This document shows, one piece after another, positions 9,127 to 21,404 of a DNA stretch of 64,000 nucleotides. Source of the DNA: an uncultured Subdoligranulum sp. (GTDB taxonomy: Bacteria > Bacillota > Clostridia > Oscillospirales > Ruminococcaceae); assembly GCF_900545545.1 (NCBI RefSeq), contig NZ_UQZO01000012.1; one strand, given 5' to 3'. The translations under genes were made by a program, and so were the position numbers. The first letter of the stretch is position 1. The number at the start of each line of letters is the position of its first letter. The notes beneath the pieces are model-generated. The model was not told the DNA's origin and searched no databases. It was given only the letters and a program-made list of their open reading frames with translations.

Positions 9127-10299
9127 ATGAAAATCTTACTGACAACGGATACCTGGACCCCCACCGTCAACGGGGTGGTCACTTCCACGGTGGCCTTGCG
9201 CGCCGAACTGCAGGCCCGCGGCCACGAGGTGCGGGTGCTGACGCTGGCAGGCAACAGCCACACCTATACCCAGGACGGCGTGACCTACCTGGGTTCGCTG
9301 GACGCGGGGCTGATCTACCCCGGCGCCCGGCTGCGCGCCCCCGCCCTGAACGGTGCCCTGCACGCCCTGGCCGCCTGGAAACCCGACGTGGTCCACTCCC
9401 AGTGCGAATTCAGCACCTTTGCCCCGGCCCGGCAGCTGGCCAAAGCCGCCGGTGCTCCGCTGATCCATACCTACCACACCGTGTACGAGGATTACACCCA
9501 CTACTTTTCCCCCAGCCGCCGGATGGGCCGCTGTCTGGCGGAACTGTTCACCCGCAGCATCTGCGGTGCCTGTGACGCCGTCATTGCACCGACCCGGAAA
9601 ATCCAATGGCTGCTGACCGGCTACGGCGTGCACTGCCCGGTGCAGGTGATCCCCACCGGGCTGGACCTGGCCCGTTTTGCCGTGCAGCCCGACCCGGCCC
9701 TGCGCGCGGCGCTGGATCTGCCCCGGGGCGAGCCGGTGCTGCTCTACTTAGGGCGGCTGGCCAAGGAGAAGAACATTGCCGAACTCATCGGCGCGCTGCC
9801 CGCCATTGTCCGCGGGGTGCTGCTGCTTGTGGGCGACGGCCCCGAACGCGCCGCCCTGGAAGCCCAGGCCCGGGCGCTGGGGGTGGCCCACCGGGTGCGG
9901 TTTGCGGGCATGGTGCCCCCGGCCCAGGTGCCCTGCTACTACGCCCTGGCCGATGCCTTTGTGAGTGCTTCCACCAGCGAAGCCCAGGGGCTGACCTACA
10001 TTGAAGCGCTGGCCGCCGGGCTGCCGCTGCTCTGCCGGGACGACCCCTGCGTGCAGACGCTGATCACCCCGGGGCAGGACGGCTGGGTGTACCACACCCC
10101 TGCCGAACTGGCCGAGCTGGCCAACGCCCTGCCCTGGGGCGATGGGGCCGCCGCCCTGCGCCAGAAAGCCCGGGAGGCCGCCGCCCCCTATTCCCGCCAG
10201 ACCTTCGGTGCCTCGGTGGAGGCGCTCTACCGCCATACCATCCTCGAAAAGACCGCGGCGCCCCGCGCCGCCCGCCCAAAGGGGGTACTTCTATGGTAA
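9127..10299 (+). CDS. GT4 glycosyltransferase, monoglycosyl-diacylglycerol synthase-like
   Basis: Motifs TDTWTPTVNGVVTS, HTYHTVYEDY, GRLAKEKN, SEAQGLTYIEALAAG. Confidence 0.88.
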   Translation: MKILLTTDTWTPTVNGVVTSTVALRAELQARGHEVRVLTLAGNSHTYTQDGVTYLGSLDAGLIYPGARLRAPALNGALHALAAWKPDVVHSQCEFSTFAPARQLAKAAGAPLIHTYHTVYEDYTHYFSPSRRMGRCLAELFTRSICGACDAVIAPTRKIQWLLTGYGVHCPVQVIPTGLDLARFAVQPDPALRAALDLPRGEPVLLYLGRLAKEKNIAELIGALPAIVRGVLLLVGDGPERAALEAQARALGVAHRVRFAGMVPPAQVPCYYALADAFVSASTSEAQGLTYIEALAAGLPLLCRDDPCVQTLITPGQDGWVYHTPAELAELANALPWGDGAAALRQKAREAAAPYSRQTFGASVEALYRHTILEKTAAPRAARPKGVLLW

Positions 10300-10877
10300 A
10301 AACCGTCAACCGTGCAGCCTCGGTGCTGGGACTGGTGCTCTGCTGCGTGCTGGCCTATTCCTTCTGGCGCGCCGGGCTCTTTGATTCCCGGGAGGCGCTG
10401 ACCTCCTACATCGGCCAGTTCGGCTGGGCCGGGCCCGCCGTCTTTGTGGCGTTCCAGGCCGTGCAGGTGGTCATTCCCATTCTGCCGGGCGGGCTGGGCT
10501 GCCTGGCGGGGGTCATCCTGTTCGGCGCCTGGCAGGGATTCTGGTACAACTACATCGGCATCTGCATCGGGTCGCTGGCGGCCTTCGCCATCGCCCGGGC
10601 CTGCGGACGGCCGCTGCTGGAATCCCTGTTCCCGCCCAAGATGATCGAAAAGTACGACCGCTGGATGGGCAGCGGCAACCGTTTTGCCCGCTGGTTCGCC
10701 TTTTTGATCTTTATCCCGGTGGCCCCCGACGATTACCTGTGTTTCCTTGCCGGGACCACCCGCATCGACTGGCGGCTGTACACCGCCATCATCTTCCTGT
10801 GCAAACCCGCGGCCATCGCCCTGTACAGCCTGGGGCTGACCGTGGTGGCGCAGAACGTACTGGGTCTTTGGAGGTGA
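10293..10877 (+). CDS. TVP38/TMEM64 (DedA/VTT superfamily) membrane protein
   Basis: Motifs QVVIPILPG, G..IGS..AF.IAR, F.PVAPDD.LC..AG. Overlaps the upstream gene. Confidence 0.88.
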   Translation: MVKTVNRAASVLGLVLCCVLAYSFWRAGLFDSREALTSYIGQFGWAGPAVFVAFQAVQVVIPILPGGLGCLAGVILFGAWQGFWYNYIGICIGSLAAFAIARACGRPLLESLFPPKMIEKYDRWMGSGNRFARWFAFLIFIPVAPDDYLCFLAGTTRIDWRLYTAIIFLCKPAAIALYSLGLTVVAQNVLGLWR

Positions 10878-10882
10878 CTGCC

Positions 10883-11932
10883 ATGTTTCGTGTTCATATC
10901 TACAGCGGCTCGCTGGCTCTGGTGGGCAAAAGCGGCGTGGGACAGGCTGCCAACCACCAGCACAAAGCGCTGGAATGCACCGGCGCCACGGTGGTGAGCG
11001 ACTGGCAGCCCCGGGCCGACGTCATCCACATCAACACCGTGCTACCCTGCTCCTTTTGGGCGGCCCGCCGCGCCAAGCGGGAGGGCATCCCGGTGATCTG
11101 GTACGGACATTCCACCGAGGCGGATTTCCGCCATTCCTTTGTGGGGTCCGACCTGCTGGCGCCGCTGTTCAAGCGGTGGCTCTGCCTGTGCTACAACCAG
11201 GCCGACCTCATCCTGACCCCCACCCCTTATGCAGCGGGCATCCTGCGCAGCTACGGTCTGCGGCCCCCCGTGCAGCCCCTTTCCAACGGGGTGGACACCG
11301 ACTTTTTTGCCCCTGACCCCGCCCGGCGGGCCGCTTTCCGCGCAGCCTACGGCCTGGCCGACGGCGAGAAAGCCGTCATCAGTGCGGGGCATTTCATGGA
11401 GCGCAAGGGCATTCTGGATTTCATCCAGCTGGCCCGCAGCCTGCCCCAGGTACGCTTTTTCTGGTTCGGCCACACCGACCCGGCACTGGTGCCCCGCGAA
11501 ATCCGGCAGGCCATGGCCGCCGCCCCCGCCAACCTGGAATTTCCCGGCTTTCTCTCCCAGAGCAAGCTGCGGGACGCCTACTGCGGCGCCGACGCCTTCC
11601 TGTTCTGCAGCCATGAGGAGACTGAGGGCATTGTGGTGCTGGAAGCCCTGGCCTGCGGTACCCCCACCCTGCTGCGGGATATCCCCGTCTACGACGGCTG
11701 GCTGACCGACGGCGTCAACGTCTACAAAGGCCGCACCAACGCCGATTTGCAGACAAAACTCACCGGCCTGCTGGAGGGCACCCTGCCCGATGTGACCGCC
11801 GCCGGCCGCCAGGTGGCCGAGGCACGCAGCCTGCCCAACATCGGCCGGGCGCTGCAAAAAATTTATGCAGCGCTGCCCGCCCGGCAAAAACGCCTGCACC
11901 CGGCCTTGCGGCTCCGCCGCAGCGCAGTATAA
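10883..11932 (+). CDS. GT4 glycosyltransferase, diglycosyl-diacylglycerol synthase (CpoA/Dgs-like)
   Basis: Motifs KSGVGQA, GHSTEADF..SF, SNGVD, EETEGIVVLEALACG. Start reset to the ATG at 10883 after GAGGTGA. Confidence 0.85.
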   Translation: MFRVHIYSGSLALVGKSGVGQAANHQHKALECTGATVVSDWQPRADVIHINTVLPCSFWAARRAKREGIPVIWYGHSTEADFRHSFVGSDLLAPLFKRWLCLCYNQADLILTPTPYAAGILRSYGLRPPVQPLSNGVDTDFFAPDPARRAAFRAAYGLADGEKAVISAGHFMERKGILDFIQLARSLPQVRFFWFGHTDPALVPREIRQAMAAAPANLEFPGFLSQSKLRDAYCGADAFLFCSHEETEGIVVLEALACGTPTLLRDIPVYDGWLTDGVNVYKGRTNADLQTKLTGLLEGTLPDVTAAGRQVAEARSLPNIGRALQKIYAALPARQKRLHPALRLRRSAV

Positions 11933-11939
11933 AGACAGA

Positions 11940-11973
11940 AAAATCCCCGGACCTTTGGGTCCGGGGACTTTTG
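11940..11973. terminator. Bidirectional terminator between glycolipid operon and atp operon
   Basis: TCCCCGGACC/GGTCCGGGGA stem flanked by A- and T-rich runs. Confidence 0.75.
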
Positions 11974-11979
11974 TTTGTA

Positions 11980-12386
11980 TCAGGATCTGTGCGAGGTGGC
12001 ACGCAGACGAGCCGTGGCACGGGCCAGGGCCGCCTTGCTGCTGTAATATTCCCGCTGGCTTTCGTGCTGGCGCAGGCGCTCCTCGGCACGCTCTTTGGCG
12101 CGCTGGGCGCGGGCCGCGTCGATCTCCTCCGGCTTTTCGGCCGTGGAAACCAGCACAACGGCATATTCCGAGGTGATCTCGGCAAAGCCCTGGGTCACGA
12201 TCACATTGTGCCAGTTGCCGTCCACCTTGAAGCGGGCTTCGCCCGGCTCCACGGCGGTGACCACCGGTTCATGCCCGGGCAGCACACCGTATTCGCCGTC
12301 CAGCGCGGGCAGCACAAGGCTTTCCACCTGCCCGGTGTAGAACTGACGCTCGGGCGTGATGATCTCCAGCTGAAAGGTCTTTTCCA

Positions 12387-12387
<1 letters not shown>
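11980..12387 (-). CDS. atpC: F1Fo ATP synthase epsilon subunit
   Basis: Motifs LEIITPER, GEYGVLPGH, ID..RA..AKERAE, ARATARL. Confidence 0.96.
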
Positions 12388-13829
<1,442 letters not shown>

Positions 13830-14740
13830 TTACAGGTCGGCTTCTTCCTCGTCGTCCCAGTCGTCATCCCAGTCATCGCCGCCGGGCTGCGCACCGCTGA
13901 CGATCTCGGTGATCTCCTGGGTGATGGCGGTCTGGCGCGCACGGTTGTAGTGCAGCGACAGTTCCTTCAGCAGGGACCGTGCGTTGTCGGTGGCGGTGTC
14001 CATGGCGTTCATGCGGGCGTTCTGCTCGGAGCAGAAGGACTCCACCAGGGTGCCGAACAAAAGACCTTTGAGGTAGGAGGGCACGATGTGGTTGAGCACG
14101 TGCTCCGGGGAGGGCACATAGGTCACCACGTGCCGCTCACTGCCGTCGGCACTGCGGCGCGGCGTCCAGGGGAAGGCGTCGCGGTCCAGCGGCAGCAGTT
14201 TGACCATCTTGGGTTCCATCTGCATGGGGGTGACCATCTCGGTATACACCACGTAGACTTCGTCCAGATGTCCCTTGCGGAACAGCTCAATGAAAGTTTC
14301 GCCGATCTCCCGGGCACGGTACACCGTCGGGTCCTGGGCGGTATACATGAACTCACCGTCGATGTTGACGCCCTTGTGCTGGAAATAGTTGCGGCCGGAC
14401 TGGCCGATCAAAAACAGCGTGGGGTTTTCCACCTTGGCCATTTCTTCTTCCACCAGACGCAGGACATTGTGGTTGTAGGCGCCCGCCAGGCCCTTATCGC
14501 CGGTGATGACGATGTAGCCCACCTTGTGCGGGCGGCCGGGGCGGGTATCGAAGTAGATATGATCCACGCCCTCGGTGCGGTGCAGAATGTCGGAAATGGT
14601 CTGGGTGATCTTCTCAAAATAAGGCTGCACATCCGTCATCTGGCGGCGTGCCTTGCGCAGTTTGGAGGAGGAGATCAGGTACATGGCGTTGGTGATTTTC
14701 AGGGTCTGCTGCACGCTGTCAATGTGGGTGCGGATCTCCT

Positions 14741-14753
<13 letters not shown>
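13830..14753 (-). CDS. atpG: F1Fo ATP synthase gamma subunit with acidic C-terminal extension
   Basis: Motifs [25 protein letters not shown] and [19 protein letters not shown], followed by an extra [19 protein letters not shown]. Confidence 0.97.
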
Positions 14754-16776
<2,023 letters not shown>

Positions 16777-16780
<4 letters not shown>

Positions 16781-17265
16781 GCCTGCTCACCCACCTTTGC
16801 CAGAAATTCCTCGGCCAGCGCACGGTCGGAGTCGGTATCCAGGCGCTTGCCTGCCACCTCGGTGGCAGCCATCACGGCCAGGTTGGCCACTTCACCGCGG
16901 GCAGCACGCAGCATCTCGCTGCGCTCGGCCGCAATGCGGGCTTCGGCTTCCGCCGCCGTCTGCTGGGCGTCGGCTTCGGCCTGCGCCAGCCGGTCGGCGT
17001 AGGCCACATCGGCACGGCGCTTGGCGTCGGCCACCAGATCGGCGGCTTCCTGGCGGGCACCGGCCAGTTTGGTTTCATATTCCTGCTTGGCCTTCTGGGC
17101 TTCGGCGTTGCTCTTCTCGGCCTCTTCGACCTGGCTGCGGATCAGCTGCTCACGCTGTTCCAGCACGGCATTGATGCGCCCAAACAGGAATTTGCGAAAG
17201 AAGAAATACAAAATCAACAGGTTGACGATGGTAAAAAAGATCGTCCACGGCTGGAAATCCAGCAT
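16777..17265 (-). CDS. atpF: F1Fo ATP synthase b subunit
   Basis: N-terminal TM ([15 protein letters not shown]) followed by an Ala/Glu-rich coiled coil, in the expected operon position. Confidence 0.95.
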
Positions 17266-17281
17266 TTGGGCACACCTCCTT

Positions 17282-17500
17282 TTAACCCACGAAGATGATG
17301 ATCAGCGCGGTGATGAAACCGAAGATGGCAGTACCTTCTGCCATGGCGCAGCCCAGCAGCAGGGTGCTGTTGATCTTGCCGGATGCTTCGGGCTGACGGG
17401 CGATGGCGTCACTGGCGTGGCCGGTGGCAATGCCGATGCCGATACCGGCACCGAAACCGGTGAGAACTGCGAGACCTGCGGCGATGATTCCGATAGACAT
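17282..17500 (-). CDS. atpE: F1Fo ATP synthase c subunit (probably H+-coupled)
   Basis: GAGIGIG glycine stripe, ARQPE loop, carboxylate in AEGT. Lacks the Q...ES/T Na+ signature. Start reset after AGGAGG. Confidence 0.95.
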   Translation of the reverse strand: MSIGIIAAGLAVLTGFGAGIGIGIATGHASDAIARQPEASGKINSTLLLGCAMAEGTAIFGFITALIIIFVG

Positions 17501-17559
17501 AGTAGTTTCCTCCTGAAATTTCATGGCGTGCGGCGGTGCCGCGCGGGATTGGGCGGGGC

Positions 17560-18255
17560 TTACTCTTCTTCCTTGATGCCCTCGCCTGCGAACAGAGCGG
17601 TCAAAAATACAAAGACAATGGTCTGGATCAGGCCGTCGAACAGATCGAAATAGATGCAGAAGACGGCAGGCACCACGGCGGGTACCAGGTACTTGATGAT
17701 CTCCATGATGATGAATGCGCCCAGAACGTTACCGAACAGTCGCATACACAGTGCCAGGGGACGAATGGCAATTTCCATCAGGTTGATGGGGAGCAAAACG
17801 GGCATCGGGTCGGCAAAACGCTTCATGCCGCCGCGCAGGCCGTTATACCGGAACTGCGCACCGTAGATCAGCACCAGGCTCATGACTGCCAGAGCAGCGG
17901 TCACGCTGACATCCTTGGTAGGGGGCGTCAGACCAAAAATGCTGATGATGTTTGCCAGGCCAATGTAGAGCGCCACACTGCCCAGATAGGGGGCAAAGGG
18001 CCGCCAATGGGGGCCGATGGTCTCCTTGACGAAACCGTTGAGGAACTCCACACCGGATTCCAGCACGATCTGCAGCTTGCCGGGATTGGTCACCTTCAGG
18101 TTGCGGGTAGCCAGCAGCGTAAAGATGATCCAGAATGCCATGATGATCCAGGTCACCAGCACAGCCGAACTGATGGGAATTCCGCCCAATACCGGGATGG
18201 TAAAGGCCGTCTCATTGGCCAGGGCATCGACCAGGGCTTCTTTGAAACCTTCCAA
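17560..18255 (-). CDS. atpB: F1Fo ATP synthase a subunit
   Basis: RPLALCMRLFGN essential Arg motif and LIQTIVFVFL. TTG start after GAGGTG. Confidence 0.95.
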   Translation of the reverse strand: MEGFKEALVDALANETAFTIPVLGGIPISSAVLVTWIIMAFWIIFTLLATRNLKVTNPGKLQIVLESGVEFLNGFVKETIGPHWRPFAPYLGSVALYIGLANIISIFGLTPPTKDVSVTAALAVMSLVLIYGAQFRYNGLRGGMKRFADPMPVLLPINLMEIAIRPLALCMRLFGNVLGAFIIMEIIKYLVPAVVPAVFCIYFDLFDGLIQTIVFVFLTALFAGEGIKEEE

Positions 18256-18389
18256 ACTTGTTCACCTCTTTTTCGTACCTATCTTACGCCGTGGGGTACC
18301 CTGCCGTTAAGGCTTACGAAAATAAAAAAAACAAAACCATGCAAAGGCGTGCATTTGTATGCGCGAAAGCGGAGAAACTTTGTGCAAGA

Positions 18390-18418
18390 TTGACGATTTT
18401 GTGTGAAGGTGATATCAT
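18390..18418 (+). promoter_or_regulatory. Sigma-A promoter for two-component system
   Basis: TTGACG-17 nt-TATCAT. Confidence 0.6.
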
Positions 18419-18457
18419 TACCGCAGAAGTTGTCCTACAATGGAAAGGAAGCGCCGT

Positions 18458-20080
18458 ATGGAGAAAAAATCGACCGGGCACACCGTATATCAGCAGATCC
18501 GGCGGGTGTCGGTGCTGGGCATTCTGGTGGCCATGGTCCTGGCCACCGGGGCCGGGCTGTCGCTGAACCTCCTGCAGGAGCGGCGCATCCGGGACGATAC
18601 CCTGACCACCGCCGTGCAGGCGGTTTCCCACACGCTGACCATCACCAACGCCGATGATGTGGAACTCGTGATGGAATATGTGGACCGGACGGTGCACGGC
18701 ATTTCCGGCATCGACCTGTTTGCCGTCTATGATACCGACGGCACCCCGGTCTATTTCTGCGACATCACCGAATCCGGGGATGACGCCTCCACACTGGAAA
18801 CGCTGGACAGCGCCCTGATGGAGCGGCTGGCCGCCAACGATCAGGCCCTGCTGGACAATGCCCAGGCCCCCAAGGGATCCGACCACTGTGCCTACGCCGC
18901 GGTGCACCGCCCCGACGGCAGCATCAAGGGCTATGTAATGGCCGGGCTGTACATCCGCTCCATCCGCGACACCGGCATGCGCACCCTGGGCATTTATATA
19001 CTCATTGGTATGGCCGCCCTGAGTGTGGGTTCGCTTTTGAGTCTGCGGCTGGCCCAGCGCATCAAGAGCGATCTGCTGGGCTATGAGCCCGATGCCTTCC
19101 GCGACCTGTTTCTGCGCCGGATGGAACTGCTGGACGCACTGGACGAGGGGCTGCTGGCCATCGACCGGGAGGAGCACATCATCTACATCAACCGGGCCGC
19201 CGCCGAGATGCTTTCCTTTGACAAGGAAGCGGTTATCGGCAAGCCGCTGTCCCAAGTGTACCCCCAGTCCACCATTCCCCGGGTCCTGGACACCGAACAG
19301 CCGGAATACAACATCAGTCTGGAATCGCTGCACCACGTGCGGATCCTCTCGGACCGTATGCCGGTGCGCCGGGACGGGCAGATCGTAGGCGCGGTGGCGA
19401 TTTTCCGCAACCGTACCGAGGTGGCCAACCTGGCCCGGGAGCTGACCGGCGTACAGCACATCGTGGAGGCCATGCGCGCCTACACCCACGAGTTCATGAA
19501 CAAGCTGCACGTGATCCTGGGCCTTTTGCAGCTGGGCGAAGCCAAACAGGCCGAGGATTATGTTTTGCAGCTGACCCAGACCCGGGCTCTGTCGGTAGGG
19601 CGGATTTCTCAAAGCATTGCCGATCCCTCAGTGGCGGCGCTGCTCATCGGCAAAAGCTGCCGCGCCGCCGAACTGGGCGTGCGGCTGACCCTGGACCCCG
19701 AGAGCCATCTGAGCGCCGACACCCATTTTCTGCCCGCTTCGGGCATGATCACGATTCTGGGCAACCTGATTGAAAATGCCTTCGACGCCTTCGGCAACGC
19801 GCCTTCGGATACGCTGCACGAGATCGGTATTTCGGTGCGGGAGAGCGAGCACGGGCTGATCCTCAGCGTGGACGACAACGCCTGCGGCATGCCGGAGGAA
19901 GTGCGCGAGCATATTTTTGAGCGGGGCAGTACCTCCAAGGGCGAGGGCCACGGCACCGGGCTGTTCCTGGTCAAGAGCATTGTGGACACCTACGGCGGCG
20001 AGATCCGGGTGGAATCCACCCAGGGCGTGGGCAGTTCCTTTATCATTACCTTCCGTCCGCCCCAGGCGGCGGACACCTGA
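18458..20080 (+). CDS. CitA/DcuS/MalK-family sensor histidine kinase
   Basis: Two TM segments flanking a Cache-like domain, a PAS domain, H-box HEFMNKLHVILGLL, GNLIENAFDA and STSKGEGHGTGL. Confidence 0.93.
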   Translation: MEKKSTGHTVYQQIRRVSVLGILVAMVLATGAGLSLNLLQERRIRDDTLTTAVQAVSHTLTITNADDVELVMEYVDRTVHGISGIDLFAVYDTDGTPVYFCDITESGDDASTLETLDSALMERLAANDQALLDNAQAPKGSDHCAYAAVHRPDGSIKGYVMAGLYIRSIRDTGMRTLGIYILIGMAALSVGSLLSLRLAQRIKSDLLGYEPDAFRDLFLRRMELLDALDEGLLAIDREEHIIYINRAAAEMLSFDKEAVIGKPLSQVYPQSTIPRVLDTEQPEYNISLESLHHVRILSDRMPVRRDGQIVGAVAIFRNRTEVANLARELTGVQHIVEAMRAYTHEFMNKLHVILGLLQLGEAKQAEDYVLQLTQTRALSVGRISQSIADPSVAALLIGKSCRAAELGVRLTLDPESHLSADTHFLPASGMITILGNLIENAFDAFGNAPSDTLHEIGISVRESEHGLILSVDDNACGMPEEVREHIFERGSTSKGEGHGTGLFLVKSIVDTYGGEIRVESTQGVGSSFIITFRPPQAADT

Positions 20081-20094
20081 GAAAGAGGCGAACC

Positions 20095-20760
20095 ATGTAT
20101 ACCGTTGTCATTGTGGAAGATGATCCCATGATCACCGAGCTGAACCGCCGGTATGCCGAGAAGGACGGCCGGTTCACGGTGGCCCAGACCTTCAGCCAGC
20201 CGCGGCGGGCGCTGGACTGGCTGCGCCACAACCCCGCCGACCTGGTGATCCTGGACTTTTACATGCCCCAGATGAACGGGCTGGAGTTTTTGCGGGCGGT
20301 GCGGGCCGCCGGGGTGGAATCCGACGTGATCATGATCACCGCCGCCAACGACGCCGCCACCGTGGAAGCCCTGACCCGCCTGGGCGTGGTGGATTATCTG
20401 GTCAAGCCCTTTGCCTACGAGCGGTTCTGCCGGGCGCTGGACGCCTTCTGCCGCCGCCGCAGCGCCATGCGGGGCAGCCTGGACCAGAACGCCCTGGACA
20501 ACCTGCTGCATACCGCGCCCCCGGCCCCGGCCGCGCTGCCCAAGGGCATGCAGGTCCAGACCCAGGAGAAGGTATTGGCCTGCATGCGCGCCAACCCCAC
20601 CCATGCCTACACCTGCGAGGAGATCGCCGCGGCGTCGGGGCTTTCGGTGGTGACGGTGCGGCGCTACATGGGGCATCTGGCCCAGGAGGGCCAGGTAACC
20701 GGCGATATGAACTACAGCACCGGCGGACGGCCCTGCCTTGTCTACCGGCTGATGCTGTGA
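20095..20760 (+). CDS. CitB/DcuR/MalR-family response regulator
   Basis: Motifs VEDDPM, LDFYMP, ITAAND, YLVKPF and C-terminal SVVTVRRY...YSTGGRP. Confidence 0.93.
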   Translation: MYTVVIVEDDPMITELNRRYAEKDGRFTVAQTFSQPRRALDWLRHNPADLVILDFYMPQMNGLEFLRAVRAAGVESDVIMITAANDAATVEALTRLGVVDYLVKPFAYERFCRALDAFCRRRSAMRGSLDQNALDNLLHTAPPAPAALPKGMQVQTQEKVLACMRANPTHAYTCEEIAAASGLSVVTVRRYMGHLAQEGQVTGDMNYSTGGRPCLVYRLML

Positions 20761-20802
20761 ATTTTTGCCCAAAGAACTGCCGCCCCCTGCAGGGGGCGGC
20801 AG

Positions 20803-20831
20803 TTGACTTTTGCCGGAAAAAGCGATACAAT
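20803..20831 (+). promoter_or_regulatory. Sigma-A promoter for gtrA-like gene
   Basis: TTGACT-17 nt-TACAAT. Confidence 0.65.
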
Positions 20832-20923
20832 AACTGTTGTACGTTGTTTTTTAAATCGTCGGGGCCGGGTTCTGCCGTTGCGGGACCTGCCCCGCGTTGT
20901 GTTGTGGGAAAGGATGTAAAATC

Positions 20924-21334
20924 ATGAGTTCTGCCAAAGCTGCGGCGGTTCGCTCCTTCGGCAAGTTTTCCGCTTCGTCGCTGTCTTCCAGCATCGTGGA
21001 CCTGGCGGCCTTTTCGGTGCTGTGCACGGTGCTGCGCCCTTACCTGCGCGAAAGTCTTGCCATCGTGGCCGCCACCATTCTGGCCCGGGTGCTTTCTTCG
21101 CTGTGCAACTACCTTTTGAACTATTTTCTGGTGTTCCACAGCCACACCGCCCATGGAAAGTCCGCCAGCCTGTACACCGTCATTACGGTGCTGAAAACGC
21201 TGGCCAGCGCCCTGCTGGTGGCGGGCCTGGCCGGGCTGCTGCCCGCCGGGACGCCGGAACTGGCCGCCAAGATCCCGGTGGATGTGGCGCTGTTCTTTGC
21301 CAACTACCTGCTGCAGAAAGCTTTTGTCTACTGA
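20924..21334 (+). CDS. GtrA-family membrane protein (lipid-linked sugar flippase-like)
   Basis: Motifs KFSASSLSSSIVDL, ARVLSSLCNYLLN..LVF and NYLLQK.FVY. Four TM segments. Confidence 0.85.
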   Translation: MSSAKAAAVRSFGKFSASSLSSSIVDLAAFSVLCTVLRPYLRESLAIVAATILARVLSSLCNYLLNYFLVFHSHTAHGKSASLYTVITVLKTLASALLVAGLAGLLPAGTPELAAKIPVDVALFFANYLLQKAFVY

Positions 21335-21345
21335 TGAAACGACCG

Positions 21346-21385
21346 AAAAAGGGACGCAGATTCTGAGGATCTGCGTCCCTTTTTT
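21346..21385. terminator. Bidirectional intrinsic terminator
   Basis: AAAAAGGGACGCAGAT/ATCTGCGTCCCTTTTTT. Confidence 0.8.
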
Positions 21386-21404
21386 CTAGCCTTTTACGTG
21401 TAGA

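Noticed and set aside
17282..17500. Possible Na+-translocating or N-type ATPase
   Set aside because: The c subunit lacks the Q...ES/T Na+ signature, and the gene order is the standard B-E-F-(H)A-G-D-C without atpR.
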